A stretch of 64,000 bases of DNA from Octopus sinensis (Eukaryota), in contig NC_043008.1 in the NCBI RefSeq assembly GCF_006345805.1, forward strand, positions 69,564,001 to 69,628,000, written 5' to 3'. A program made the position numbers and the translations under genes. The notes beneath the pieces were generated by a model. It was not told where the DNA came from. It ran no database searches and worked only from the letters and a program-made list of their open reading frames with translations. Below, one piece after another: positions 1-12,149 of the stretch (positions are counted from its first letter, which is position 1; each line of letters starts with the position of its first letter).

Positions 1-700
1 AAAATAGTGGCTGGGAGATAGTCTCACACTCCTAAAACGTCTGGAACTCCCATATTAAAACCCTACAACTAAATGCAGTTTAAAGCCATACTGCGGATGG
101 TAAACTCATAAAAATCCTGAAGACCAGTTGGTTTCTTATTGTCTTAACTTCTGTTGTGTCACTGGTTTTGTAGCTGATTGCAACGAAAAGTGAGCTTTGT
201 GCTGTGCAACACTTTGTGCAATCAAAACAAATTCATCTTGAGGAACTTCTTGTGCTTTTGGACTGTTTAGGAAGTGATCTTACTTGGTTATGATTTGAAT
301 TCCGCCATGTATGTATGCATGTATGTAGATATGTACACATATATATGTGTGTGTGTGCATATATATCAAACATATGTATGTGTATAATATATATATATAT
401 ACATACACACACATGAAAAATAAGTGTATTGCGTATTGCCTAAGTTTTCTAAAAGTAGATCATGAATTTCTGGTGATTTGTTTGAAAACCAGTCACTGGA
501 CTTACATGATTTAAATCTCACATTTTAAAATCAGAACTTGACTGCAGCTCTTGGGGGGGGGGGGGGGGAATCAGATATGCAATTCATGTGGGTGTCTTTT
601 CAAAACATTGGTTTAAGGAGCCACATCAGATGCCATGATAGATCTAAGGGGTAGCTACAAGGGGTGGTCAGACTCTGCCTAAGGAGTAAACAACCACCAT

Positions 701-862
701 ATATATACATACATACATACATACATACATACATACATACATACATACATACATACATACATACATACATACATAAATACATACATACATACATACATAC
801 ATACATAAATACATACATACATACATACATACATACATACATACATACATACATACATACAT
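701..862. repeat. (CATA)n tetranucleotide microsatellite, one of dozens of SSR tracts in the window
   Basis: Near-perfect ACAT repeats; source of the spurious MYVC/YIHT ORFs. Confidence 0.97.
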
Positions 863-2280
863 GCTTTATATTGGTACCATGATATTTAAAATCATATTGA
901 TTCTTCATTTAGAACTGATATGAATAAATATCAACTAAAGTTGGGGTGATTGCAGCAATGGCAGCAAAAGCAGCAGCAGCAGCAGTAGTAGCAGGAGCAG
1001 CAGCTGTAGTATCAATAGCAATAACAACACCTATATATTGGTCTACATAAATTTTAAGAGTATGGTCGACTAAAACAAATTGGTTTTATGCAAAACAAAA
1101 TGAAAATCCTGTTCTGCAATTTATTACTGACATTATAGGTTATAGCTGCTTCATTCAGGGAAAAAAGAAAAGAAAAAAAAAACCTATGGTAGTAAGAAAG
1201 TCTTATGGGAGTAGGCAGGGTGGAGTTTTTTGCCCTTGTTTTTTTCAAGGGCTAAATACTTAAAACAGCATTTTTCTTTTGTATTTTGGGTTTTTTTTTC
1301 ACACAATTTATTAAACATTATTAATAGCTGGATCACAACAACAACAGCGAGTCTTTTAGACAAAGAATTTTCACCAAAGAAATGAGACAAAAGGAGGTAA
1401 AAACCAAAAACAAAAAAATAAATAAATAAATGAAAATAAAAATAAATAAAAATATAAAAATAAAAAAAAAGCATGTAAAGAATAAAAATAAACAACAACA
1501 AAAGCAGAGAATAAAATAAGGAAAATGTTATTGGAACCGACAAACCTACGATATATTGGTTGCTGATCGATTGTGTTAACTACTATGAAGGCAGAACGGC
1601 TATTGGAATTCCCAACTCTAAATGTTTCATCGATACTTAATTCCCAGAGACATTTAATCATATTACTTCCTTGACACAACATTCAACTCATTAAGGCACC
1701 ATCTGAATGTCTTACATTCTAACTATCGATTCTATATAGTATTTTATACTCAATTATCAAACACTTCCTATACTATAATAGTTGATACCAGATTCTTATC
1801 AGTAGCATCGCAAAAAGTCGATTTACCGTTGCAGTCTTTTGACGGTTTCTTTTAATTTTATTTTTCTTTATGTTATTTCTTTCAGAATTGTTGCTGTTGT
1901 TGTTGTTGTTGTTGTTGTTGCATTTGATTTCTTTATAGCGTTTGACAGATTGGTTTGAAACTGGGTTGTAACATTTGGTTAATGCATGGCAACATCAGTG
2001 GTTCCAGGTGAAAAGCTTTTCCTTTCACTCACAGAACAACTTCTTTGTTGAAATACAAACTACAATGAGAAAGGAAGACAGCAGAGTCTGTATTTCTGTT
2101 TATGTGATGTGTGATGAAGGTGTAACATATGTGTAACACAGGGGTAACAGTTGAACAGTCACATAACAGACGTGTAACATTTATATACACACATACACAC
2201 ACGCACATATATATATGTATATAAATGTGTGTGTGTATATATGTATATATATATACGATCATATATATTTACGTATACTC

Positions 2281-2601
2281 TCTTTTACTTGTTTCAGTCA
2301 TTTTACTGTGGCCATGCTGGAGCACCACCTTTATTCTTTGTAAGGCTAGTACTTATTCTATCGGTCTCTTTTGCTGAAGCGCTAAGTTACAGGGACATAA
2401 ACACATACACACAAACACATACACACACATACATATATATATATACATATATACGACGGGCCTCTTTCAGTTTCCGTCTACCAAATCTACTCGGCCCAAG
2501 GCTATAGTAGAAGACACTTGCCCAAGGTGCCATGTAGTGGGACTGAACCCTGAACCATGTGGTCAGTAAGCAAGCTACTTACCACACAGCCACTCCTACG
2601 C
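2281..2601 (-). mobile_element. tRNA-headed SINE, family A, with internal microsatellite
   Basis: Minus strand begins GCGTAGGAGTGGCTGTGTGGTAAG...GGTTCAGTCCC (A/B-box-like), then TTGGGCAAGTGTCTTCTACTATAGCC (CORE-like). Homologous copies at 3225-3480, 10436-10850 and 63572-64000. Confidence 0.85.
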
Positions 2602-2861
2602 ATATGTATACATAAAAATATATAAGGATATTATTGTTAATAGTTTATAATAATATCAGTGGCTAGCATGTGTAAAAAAGCCATAAAGGTAAAATTATTA
2701 ATTAATAATGAAGACTTGTAGACTCAGCATGCTAAAAATAGCAGTCAAAACAACTCAAAACCATAGTTTTCCCTTGTACCCAAGAGTGAAGTCGAGGGAA
2801 AAAGCAATAAAATTTTAAGACCCCAAACCATAGACGAAAAGAATTGAAAATTAAAATCAAA

Positions 2862-2923
2862 CATACTTACATCAGTGATTTCAAACTTTGTGAATGATCA
2901 CTTTGTTCTCATCAGTGAGTAAT
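2862..2923 (-). ncRNA. Type I hammerhead ribozyme-like motif, left arm of the foldback
   Basis: Minus strand reads ATTACTCA-CTGATGA-GAAC aaa GTGA tcat TCAC aaa GTTT-GAAA-TCACTGAT-G-TAAGTATG. Both conserved core boxes are intact, helix II is paired, helix III is palindromic (ATCA c TGAT), and helix I pairs at 5 of 6 positions. Position 17 is G, which is non-canonical. Confidence 0.7.
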
Positions 2924-2942
2924 ACTGACCCAGGGCCAAAAC

Positions 2943-3002
2943 CATGCTTACTGATGATAAGAGATAATTCACAAAGTTCAAAACCACTGTGATATTAGTA
3001 TG
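2943..3002 (+). ncRNA. Degenerate type I hammerhead ribozyme-like motif, right arm of the foldback
   Basis: CATGCTTA-CTGATGA-(helix II with deletion)-GTTC-AAAA-CCA ctg TGAT-A-TTAGTATG. Helix I pairs at 7 of 8 positions; the GAAA box is mutated to AAAA at a CpG. Confidence 0.6.
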
Positions 3003-3171
3003 TCTGATTTTCATTTTCAATTCTTTTAGTCTACGGTTTGGGGTCTTAAAATTTTATTGCTCTTTCCCTTAATTTTACCCTTGTGTACAAGGGAAAACTG
3101 TGGTTTTGAGTTGTTTTGACTGCTATTTTTAGCATGCTGGTGCTACAAGTGGTACTCTTCATTATTAATTA

Positions 3172-3208
<37 letters not shown>

Positions 3209-3224
3209 TATATCTTTTATCATT

Positions 3225-3480
3225 ATCTTTTACTTGTTTCAGTCATTTGATTGTGGTCATGCTGGGGCACTACATTGAAGGATTTTAATTGAGAAATTAA
3301 AATCTTTATGTGTGTGTGTGTGTGTGTGTGTATCCAAGCACATGTGCAGTGGGCTTCTTTCAGTTTCCTTCTAACAAATCCACTGACAAGGCTTTAGTCA
3401 GCCTGGAGTTATAGCAGATAACACTTGCCCAAGGTGCCATGCAGTGGGAGTGAACCCAGAACCATGTACTCAGGAAGCAA
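3225..3480 (-). mobile_element. SINE family A, partial or deleted copy
   Basis: Shares TTTTACTTGTTTCAGTCATTTG, ACACTTGCCCAAGGTGCCATGCAGTGGGA and GAACCCAGAACCATGT with 2281-2601. Confidence 0.8.
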
Positions 3481-5070
3481 ATGCATATATATATATATAT
3501 ATATATTTGTATATAAGTAAACACACACACATACCACATACCACACACACACCACATACCACACACACACACTCTCTCTCTCTCTCTTACACACACACAC
3601 ATTTACATACAATTTTATCACTGATTATCTGATGCTGTTTTGCACAGCTGCTGACAATGCACTTCGAAGTCTTTCTTAATTGCACTTTTGGTTCCTATCT
3701 TGGCTCATATCATTTAACTAAATCATCTTCCATCATTGAGGAGATGCCTTAGTTATTTACATTTGTGTGTGTATTAAAGTCTACCTTTACAATTTATTGT
3801 TTTTACGTGTTCTTTATTATTTATGAAACCTCTTAGATTGATGTGCCAAACACTTCTGATGCTCACCTTGAACTTACATAGTTGGATGCCTTTAAGAAAA
3901 ATGTGAGCCATAAGAATCTTCCGTGGGATTCAGATTTTGGGGAGGAAGGATTGTGAAAGGTATTAAATGCAAGGTTTTCAAAGATAGATCGTGTTAAGGA
4001 TGATTGGAAATATAGAAGCAGATGGGGGAGAAGTGGTTTGGAGGGGGTTGGAATAATTACAGATGGATATGAAGAAATCTGCAAAACCTTCGTCAGATGT
4101 GCTGAGGAAATGGTAAGTGGTAATGTAGGGTGGGGGGATGTGATGTGATGTGATGGAACAAGTTATGGGTTTGAGAGGAGATAGATGAAGGGAGTTAAGG
4201 ATCAAAAGGATCAAGGAGTCAAGGGAGTTTGGGACGTAAACATATGATTGAGGCAAATAGAGAAATGCAATATTGCTGGTTTCTATGGAAACTACGTTAA
4301 CATGGGATAAAATGGATATTAAAATGTTGTGATGGTTGTGGTGGTGGTGGTTATGGTGGTAGTGGCAGCGGTGGTGGTGCTGGTGGTGTTTATGATGATT
4401 ATGATGATTATGATGACAATGATGACGACAGCAATAATAATGATGACAATGAGGATTGTAGTGATACTGGTGATGGTGGTGGTAGGGATGATGTCAATAG
4501 CAACAAACATTCTCAGATGGGAGAGAGATAGAAAGACAGAGAGAGAGCGAGAGAGAGAGAGAGACATCGTGAATATAAGATTGAGAGGGAGACATTGTAA
4601 ATATGAGAGAGAAAGAGAGAGAGAGACACTGTGGGTATGAGGGAAAGAGAGAAAAGAAGAGAGAGGGTGATTATAAAAGAGGGAGAGACAGAGCAAAAGA
4701 GGGTGTATATGTTCCATTTTCATGAAGGGCAAACAGCACAAACAACAAAATCAAGGCAACAGAACAGAGAACAGTAATCAGATTTTATCTCAAATAGCAG
4801 CCTCAATTTCTAAAAACTAAGGGTTTTGAGAGAACAACACATACACATTAAATACATACACACATGCATGTATGCACACACACACATACACACAAACACA
4901 CACACACAAACACAAACACACACATACACATATATAATATATTTATCTATTGAGGTACATGTATATATATCAATGTATGTATATATATATATATATGTGT
5001 GTGTCTGTATAATATATATGCATTCATATACATACATATATGCACACACATACATATATACATAATATAT

Positions 5071-5135
<65 letters not shown>

Positions 5136-5156
5136 GTATATATGTGTGTGTGTGTA

Positions 5157-5191
<35 letters not shown>

Positions 5192-5711
5192 GTGGATTAA
5201 TATATATGCATATAGATATATTAATGTGTGATTAGGTTAGTGTGTGTGTAGGTATGTATTTGTGTGTTTGCGTGTGTGTGTCTGTGTCTATGTCTGTAAG
5301 TGTCTTGAATATACTTATTCTGAAATGGAGCGAAATTGCGAGGAAAAGAAGGCAATTATAGGGTAAATCGAACTCCTCACCACTCCTGTCCTCCACACAC
5401 AGACGTACAGCTACCATATTTGTTAAGACATTTATGGAGTAATGACGGGAGATAAACAGTGGAGGATAGTGGAAAACAGAGCAAAAGAGAGAGAAAGTGA
5501 GTGAGAGAAGCTAAAAGAGAAAGACTATGGGAAGACAAATAGAGAGAAAGAGACATATTCAAGAGGGAGAGAAAGAGAGAGAGAGAGATGGAGACAGAAA
5601 GAGTCATTGAATATATGCTAATATTCAGACAAAATGTCAGTAAGGTGCAAAAAGGGTTAAGGTGTTCCTGTACTTGCAGCATTAGGACTATGAGCATATG
5701 TGTATGCATTT

Positions 5712-5766
<55 letters not shown>

Positions 5767-6098
5767 AATACATATATACATCTCTGTGTGTGTGAGCATA
5801 AATGGACCATTGCATTCGCTATAGAGAAGCTAGTTCAGTCAGTCCAGAATACAAATATTGAAAAAAAAAGGAAAAAAGAAAAATAGAGAATTTGGTTCAT
5901 TCCACCATCTATAGGGAAACTAATGAACCAATTCCAAAAGAAAATCAAATCAGCCTTATTTACCACCACCCAGCACCCCCCCCTCACTATACATACATAT
6001 ATATATGTATATATATATTGTCTATTAATGACTTCCTGCCTATATGTGTATCTCTGTCTTTATTTTTCATTGACCCTCAGCTTCATCTCTATCTGTCT

Positions 6099-6138
<40 letters not shown>

Positions 6139-6299
6139 ATCTTACCTAAATTAATTCTTCTCCTAAACATCTCTTCTTAGCCTGCAGGAGGAGGAGGAGG
6201 TGGAAGATAGAAGATGGAGACTGCACAAGATGTTTTAAAGCTTCACTCTCATTTTTCTTCAAATGGATTTCTGTCACTTTCTCACCTCATACATATACA

Positions 6300-6360
<61 letters not shown>

Positions 6361-6435
6361 GTATATATATATATATATAAGTATAGATATATGTATATGT
6401 ACAAATATGCACATATATATGTATATATTGTATAC

Positions 6436-6480
<45 letters not shown>

Positions 6481-6516
6481 TATATGCACATATATATATG
6501 CATATATATATATGTG

Positions 6517-6553
<37 letters not shown>

Positions 6554-6702
6554 ATGTATATTCTGGTTTCATTCACCTCCGGTATTTTCATTTCCGGTAT
6601 CTCAACATCCGGTATTGTTTTTTTTTTTTATTTTTGTTTTATTTTCCCCCTTTATTTTATGTTGTTTTTCTTTAACTCTCCATTGATGTCGTTTTTGTTG
6701 TT

Positions 6703-6738
<36 letters not shown>

Positions 6739-7264
6739 GCTGTTGTTGCTGTTGTTGATTTCGTTGATGTTGTTGCTGTTGTTGCTCCTTTTCATTAATA
6801 CGATGCCGTCGGCAAACAACAGTGTTAGCAAAAAGCATGTTCGCTTTTCCAAACTGCCGCCGGCACTGTGGTAACTCAACGAGAACAGAAACAATTACAA
6901 TAACAAAAACAACAACAGCAACAACAACAGCAGTAACAAAAACAATAAGAACAAAAATAATCATGCCGGCAATAATAGGTTTCTCCTTTTTTTTTAAACT
7001 TTGGTACAATGGGTACATGTATTTGTCGGAGAATTAGCTACAGTCTAATCAATTGACACTATATTACAGCTACTTCTATTATTACCCCTAAAAAGCCCTC
7101 AATTTGTGAATAACAAGAATTTGCTGGCATGTAGGTATGGCTAAGAAGCTTCTTTCTCAGCCAGGGAACACATGCACTCACATATGTATGAATGCATGCA
7201 TGTATAATGTATGTATGTATGTATGTATATGTATGTATGTATATGAGAAAGTATGCACATGAGA

Positions 7265-7700
7265 AAGTAAGGAGGGATGTCAGGAAGGGCATCGCTGTTA
7301 CACTTCCAGAAGGGAAGGTCCTCCTTTGATTCTGACATGCAATGTCTGTGCAAGACCCTACCTCAGTAAAGCTGGACTCAAGAGTCATCTTTGTAGTCAT
7401 AAAACGAGACAGATGAGTGACAACCTGGCCACTGGTGGTGGTGTAACACACCATACTAATCATATCTGTCGGGCATGTGGAAGAGAGGGTAATTCGGCAG
7501 GAGGACTTAAACGGCATGCAAAGGTACATGAAGCCCAGTTACAACTATAGCCGGCTATTACCAGTAAAGGTTTTAGTTGCCAATTTTGTACAAGACATTG
7601 TAGATCTTTAGCTGGGCTAAAAAGTCACATCCGATCACAGCACCAGTAATAGTTAAGCTTCATGCAATGGCCACACTCGATAATGAGGGGGCAGCCATAA
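7265..7700 (+). mobile_element. 3' end of an RTE-like LINE; decayed ORF ending in three tandem C2H2 zinc fingers
   Basis: One frame over 7326-7649 gives CNVCARPYLSKAGLKSHLCSH, CRACGREGNSAGGLKRHAKVH and, after one in-frame TAG (7548-7550), CQFCTRHCRSLAGLKSHIRSQHQ*. A short 3' UTR follows, with TATG-type repeats on both sides. Confidence 0.7.
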
Positions 7701-7779
7701 TGGATGTATGTATGTAGGTAGGTAGGTATGCATGTAAGTATGTGTGTATGTATGTATCTGTGTATGTGAGTCTGCATTT

Positions 7780-7925
7780 GTGTTTGCTTCCTACCTGGTC
7801 TCAGATTCAATCTTACAGCACAGCACCTTGGGCCACTGGGCAAGTATCTTTTGCTAAGACTCCAGACTGACTAAAATCTTGTGAGTGGATTTGGGAGACG
7901 GAAACTGAAAGAAATCTATCATATG
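7780..7925 (+). mobile_element. SINE family A, 5' fragment
   Basis: CACCTTGGG...GGGCAAGTATCTT...CTTGTGAGTGGATTTGGGAGACGGAAACTGAAAGAA matches the family A head and core. Confidence 0.7.
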
Positions 7926-8261
7926 TGTTTGTCGGTTTGTGTGTGTGTGTGTGGACAAACCATTGTCTCAATTCAATGGGATTATTGTAAATGAGTATCA
8001 CCATCATACAACCAGTGTTGTTCATTTTCAGCCTTCTATGAAAATTATATTGGACCTGACCTGTAAGAAACATTTATCTTGCTGGAAAGCAGGAGAGGAT
8101 TGGTAACAGAAAGGCCATCTGGAAACAGAAAACCTGCCTCAACAAATTTCATTTCACCCATGAAAGCATGGAAAGATCGGATATTAAACAATTATCATGA
8201 TGTTAATGACATTCCTCTATCTCTCTCTCTTTCTCTCTGTATGTGTGTGGGTGTATGTTTG

Positions 8262-8304
<43 letters not shown>

Positions 8305-8433
8305 TATATAAATATATTTACAGGGAAAGAGTGTATGAGAGGGACATCCATCCACTAATGTTCAGTATTGTTCATTTTGTCATTTCTTTTTTTGTCAAAT
8401 AATTATTTCATTGCATATATATAAATGTATCAT

Positions 8434-8770
8434 GTGAAGGTGCATGGCTCAGTGGTTAGAGTGTCAAGCTTACAAACCTGAGGTTGTTAGTTCGATTCTC
8501 GGACCAGGCTGCATGTTGTGTTCTTGAGCAAGACACTTTATTTCACATTACTCCAGTTCATTCAGCTGTAGAAATGAGTTCCAACATCACTGGCGCCAAG
8601 CTGTATTAGCCTTTGTCTTTCCCTTGGATAACATCAGTGGTGTGGAGGGGGAGGCTGGTATGCATGGGCGACTGCTGGCTTTCCATAAACAACCTTGCCT
8701 GGACTTGTGCCTCGGAGGGTAACTTTCTAGGTGCAATCCCATGGTCATTCATGACCGAAGGGGGTCTCCC
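8434..8770 (+). mobile_element. tRNA-derived CORE-type SINE, family B
   Basis: TGGCTCAGTGGTTAG (A box), AGTTCGATTCTC (B box), GTTGTGTTCTTGAGCAAGACACTTTATTTCAC (CORE-like). The 5' half is shared with 36037-36300. Confidence 0.8.
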
Positions 8771-9129
8771 CATATATGTATCAGAAGGATCAAAATCATT
8801 CTCAAGCACTAGGTTCTTAAGTTCAGTTTCTTAGATTCTGTGACGCACATATTCCCCCTTTGATAGGAGTTGGTCTGTTGTAGGATTACTCAGTTTTTGT
8901 TGATTGGGTGGACCAGAGCATGGTAAATGAAGGGCTTCACTCAAAGACACAATACATCAACCAGTCCAGGAATTGAAACAACAAGTATATGACGAGTGCA
9001 ACAGCCTAACCACTAGGCCATGTGTCTACACACACACACAATATAGATATGCATGTGTGTGTACGTGTGTGTGCGTGTGTGTACGTGTGTGTGTATGTGT
9101 GTATGTGTGTGTGTGTATATAGATAAATT

Positions 9130-9386
9130 TATAGTATAAAGATAGATATAGATAAGGCTGGTTTATGGGATGACCCTGGGTTTCACATCCAAAAATTGCT
9201 TAGTTTTACAGTGTATCATCAGACCCCCAAACCTATTGGCACATGGTCTCCAGCAAGTGGCATCTCTAGAGAGGTCATGTGCCAACAAGTTTTGAGGTCT
9301 GCTGATATGCTGTAAAGCTAAGTGCTTTATGGTCATTAAAACCCAGAGTGATCCCATAGACTGTCCATATCTATCTTTATGCTATA
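9130..9386. mobile_element. Second foldback, MITE-like palindromic element (~257 bp, arms ~115-120 bp)
   Basis: Left ATAGTATAAAGATAGATAT...TATGGGATGACCCTGGGTTT...TTGGCACATG is the reverse complement of right CATGTGCCAA...AAACCCAGAGTGATCCCATAG...ATATCTATCTTTATGCTAT. Confidence 0.8.
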
Positions 9387-9920
9387 TTGCTCCATAAATT
9401 AGAGTGTGCTTTCATTTTGGATTTATGATTTACCAATGATCGATATATCATCATCATCATCATTTAGCGTCCGTTCTCCATGCTAGCATGGGTTGGACCC
9501 ATGCTAGCATATATATATATATATATATATACATATATAGAGAAAGAGAGTGTTGTATTCAAAGCAATGATTAGTAACTTATGAAACCGGTATGCTTGAA
9601 TCACTTTAACAATTCACAATAATGACTTTTATTACTTTTATTCCTACCTCAGTTCATCTAACTGTATATATCTTTTGCTACTTTTCATAAAAAGCCTTTA
9701 CTTTTTTTGATTTACAATGTGTATTTTCATTTATTTTTCTCACTTTCCCCTTACATTACCGCGTGTAGTTTCTATTTTCTTTTTGTAACATATTTCTATT
9801 ATATATATATATATATATATATACATATATACACTCACAAACTCACATACTTATATATTTGTATGTATACAAATATATGTATGCATACATGAACTTGTGT
9901 ATATTTAAATGTGTGTAAAT

Positions 9921-9951
<31 letters not shown>

Positions 9952-10435
9952 CGTATGTGTATATGTATGTTTGCATATATACATATACATACTTTCCATT
10001 TGTATGTTTCTAAAAATCGACAGTACTCCAAATGAAGAGTAAACGAGTGTAACGAGATAAAAGACAAAAAAAGTATCCAAGAATTTTAAGTGACAGTGTT
10101 AATGACAACAACAACAACAGCAGCTGAGAAACAAACCATTTTCTTGAGAAATTCTTCAAATCTCCATCTAAATTCTTCCTCAATTTTCGAATGAATTTTT
10201 TGCTTCAGTTTGGTGTGTTGGAATGTGGGAATTGTCTTCAAAATTGCTTCTTATATTTTTACATATTCTAATTCCGATCATTTTTATTGCTTCATCTAAA
10301 TGCACTGTGTGTGGTGTATGCATGTGCGCATGCATATGTATGTGTTGATGTGTGTGTGTGTGCGTGTATGTATTTGTATGTGTATGTGTGTACTTGTGCA
10401 TGTATGCATGTAAATACATATATATATATATACTC

Positions 10436-10850
10436 TTTACTCTTTTTACTCTTTTACTTGTTTCAGTGATTTGACTGTAGCCATGCTGGAGCACCGCCTT
10501 TAGTCGAGCAAATCGACCGCAGGACTTATTCTTTGTAAGCCTAGTACTTATTCTATCAGTCTCTTATGCCGAACCGCTAAGTTATGGGGATGTAAACACA
10601 CCTCCATTGGTTGTTAAGCGATGTTGATCAGGGGGTGACAAACAGACACAGATACACAAAACATACACACACTCACACACATATATATATATCCATATAT
10701 ACGACAGGCTTCTTTTAGTTTCCATCTACCAAATCCATTCACAAGGCTTTGGTCGGCCCGAGGCTTTAGTAGAAGACACTTGCCCAAGGTGTCATGCAGT
10801 AGGACTGAACCTAGAACCATGTGGTTGGTAAGCAAGCTACACACACACAG
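10436..10850 (-). mobile_element. SINE family A, near full length
   Basis: Colinear with 2281-2601 and 63572-64000, including the (TTTTACTC)-type tail and internal CA/TA tract. Confidence 0.88.
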
Positions 10851-11239
10851 ATGAGCACATAAGTGCAAAGCAAGGTGGAAAAAGTAGTACTTGAATACAA
10901 AAGGTAGAGTAACACGGTTTTATCAAAGCATCATCATCATTGTCATCATGTGTGTCATCCTGCATATGGATGAGGACAGCTGCTGAAAGAAGTGCCAATC
11001 TCTAATAGTGGAGGGAACCTGTGAAAGGGGTAGACCAAGGGAGACATGGGATGAAGTGGTGAGAGGGCATCTTTGGATGCTGGGCTTCACTGGGGAAATG
11101 ACAAGGGGCAGGAAGTTGTGACAAATAGCTGTACTTGAGAAGAAATATAAAGCTAAGTAAATTCATGATGACCCATACATACAGGTATGTCCTTTGCAGG
11201 TACTGGTGGTATATAAAATGCACTCATGTCAGTTCTGCA

Positions 11240-11401
11240 TATATGCAACCATGCTGGTGGCACATGAAAAGCACCCAGTACACTCTGTAAAATGGTTGAT
11301 TTTAGGAAGAGTATCCCGCTGTAGAAAGCTAGCCTGCTTCTATCAAACCATTCAACCCATGCCAGCATAGAAAATAGACATTAAACAATGATAATAATAA
11401 T

Positions 11402-11447
<46 letters not shown>

Positions 11448-11660
11448 CACCGCCTTAACTGCTTCTGGTGGCATGTAAAAAGCACCAACAGACCGTGGCC
11501 ACTGCCAGCCTCCCCAGGCACGTAAAAAGCACCCACAACACTCACGGAGTGGTTGACATTAGGAAGGGCATCCATCTGTGCAGACCCTGGTCGAACCATC
11601 CAACCTGTGCTAGCATGGAAAACAGACGTTAAACGATGATGATGATGATGATGATGATGA
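11240..11660 (+). mobile_element. Two tandem SINE 3' fragments ending CATGGAAAACAGACGTTAAAC(GAT)n
   Basis: Repeated GGTGGCAC(A/G)TAAAAAGCACC motif and a shared tail, separated by a (TA)n tract. A reverse fragment lies at ~9450-9510. Confidence 0.65.
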
Positions 11661-11731
11661 TATATATATATATATATATATATAATATTCATACATGCAC
11701 ATATCTACACATATCCCTGTGTGTGTTTATG

Positions 11732-11770
<39 letters not shown>

Positions 11771-12149
11771 CATGTAAACATCTCTACACATATAGCCATT
11801 TATATAGCTCACCCTTCTCTCTGGTTACATCTATGCGACTGGCTATCAGCAGCTGTTTTTTTTACAGCCTAATACTGTTATTGCTGCCATAGTTATTCTT
11901 GTTGTTGTCTGCATTTACTAACCAATCACTGCACCTAGATATTTGCAGTGTTCGATCATGGATTATATAGAATCAATGAATGAGAAAGAAATAAAATTTA
12001 ACTGAGTGTAAAATATATAAAATAAATAAACAAACAAATAAATAAAACTCCATTAAAAAAAGTTCTTCTTTTCATTATTGCCCACCCCCTCCTTCCCTCA
12101 CATCACCATACCACTTATGGATTTCAATTGGTTTTAATGAAGATTAAAG

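Larger units (their letters stand above)
2697..3173. mobile_element. Foldback (inverted-repeat) element with ~225-bp arms, each containing a hammerhead motif; Penelope-like terminal repeat or retrozyme-like origin inferred
   Basis: Perfect 18-bp terminal inverted repeat: ATTAATTAATAATGAAGA (2697-2714) and TCTTCATTATTAATTAAT (3156-3173). The arms stay alignable inward to a ~20-25-nt spacer near 2923-2945. Confidence 0.85.

Noticed and set aside
174-286. Plus-strand open frame LIATKSELCAVQHFVQSKQIHLEELLVLLDCLGSDLT after a good acceptor
   Set aside because: Only a weak donor (GTTATG) precedes the stop; I recognise no homology and found no partner exons.
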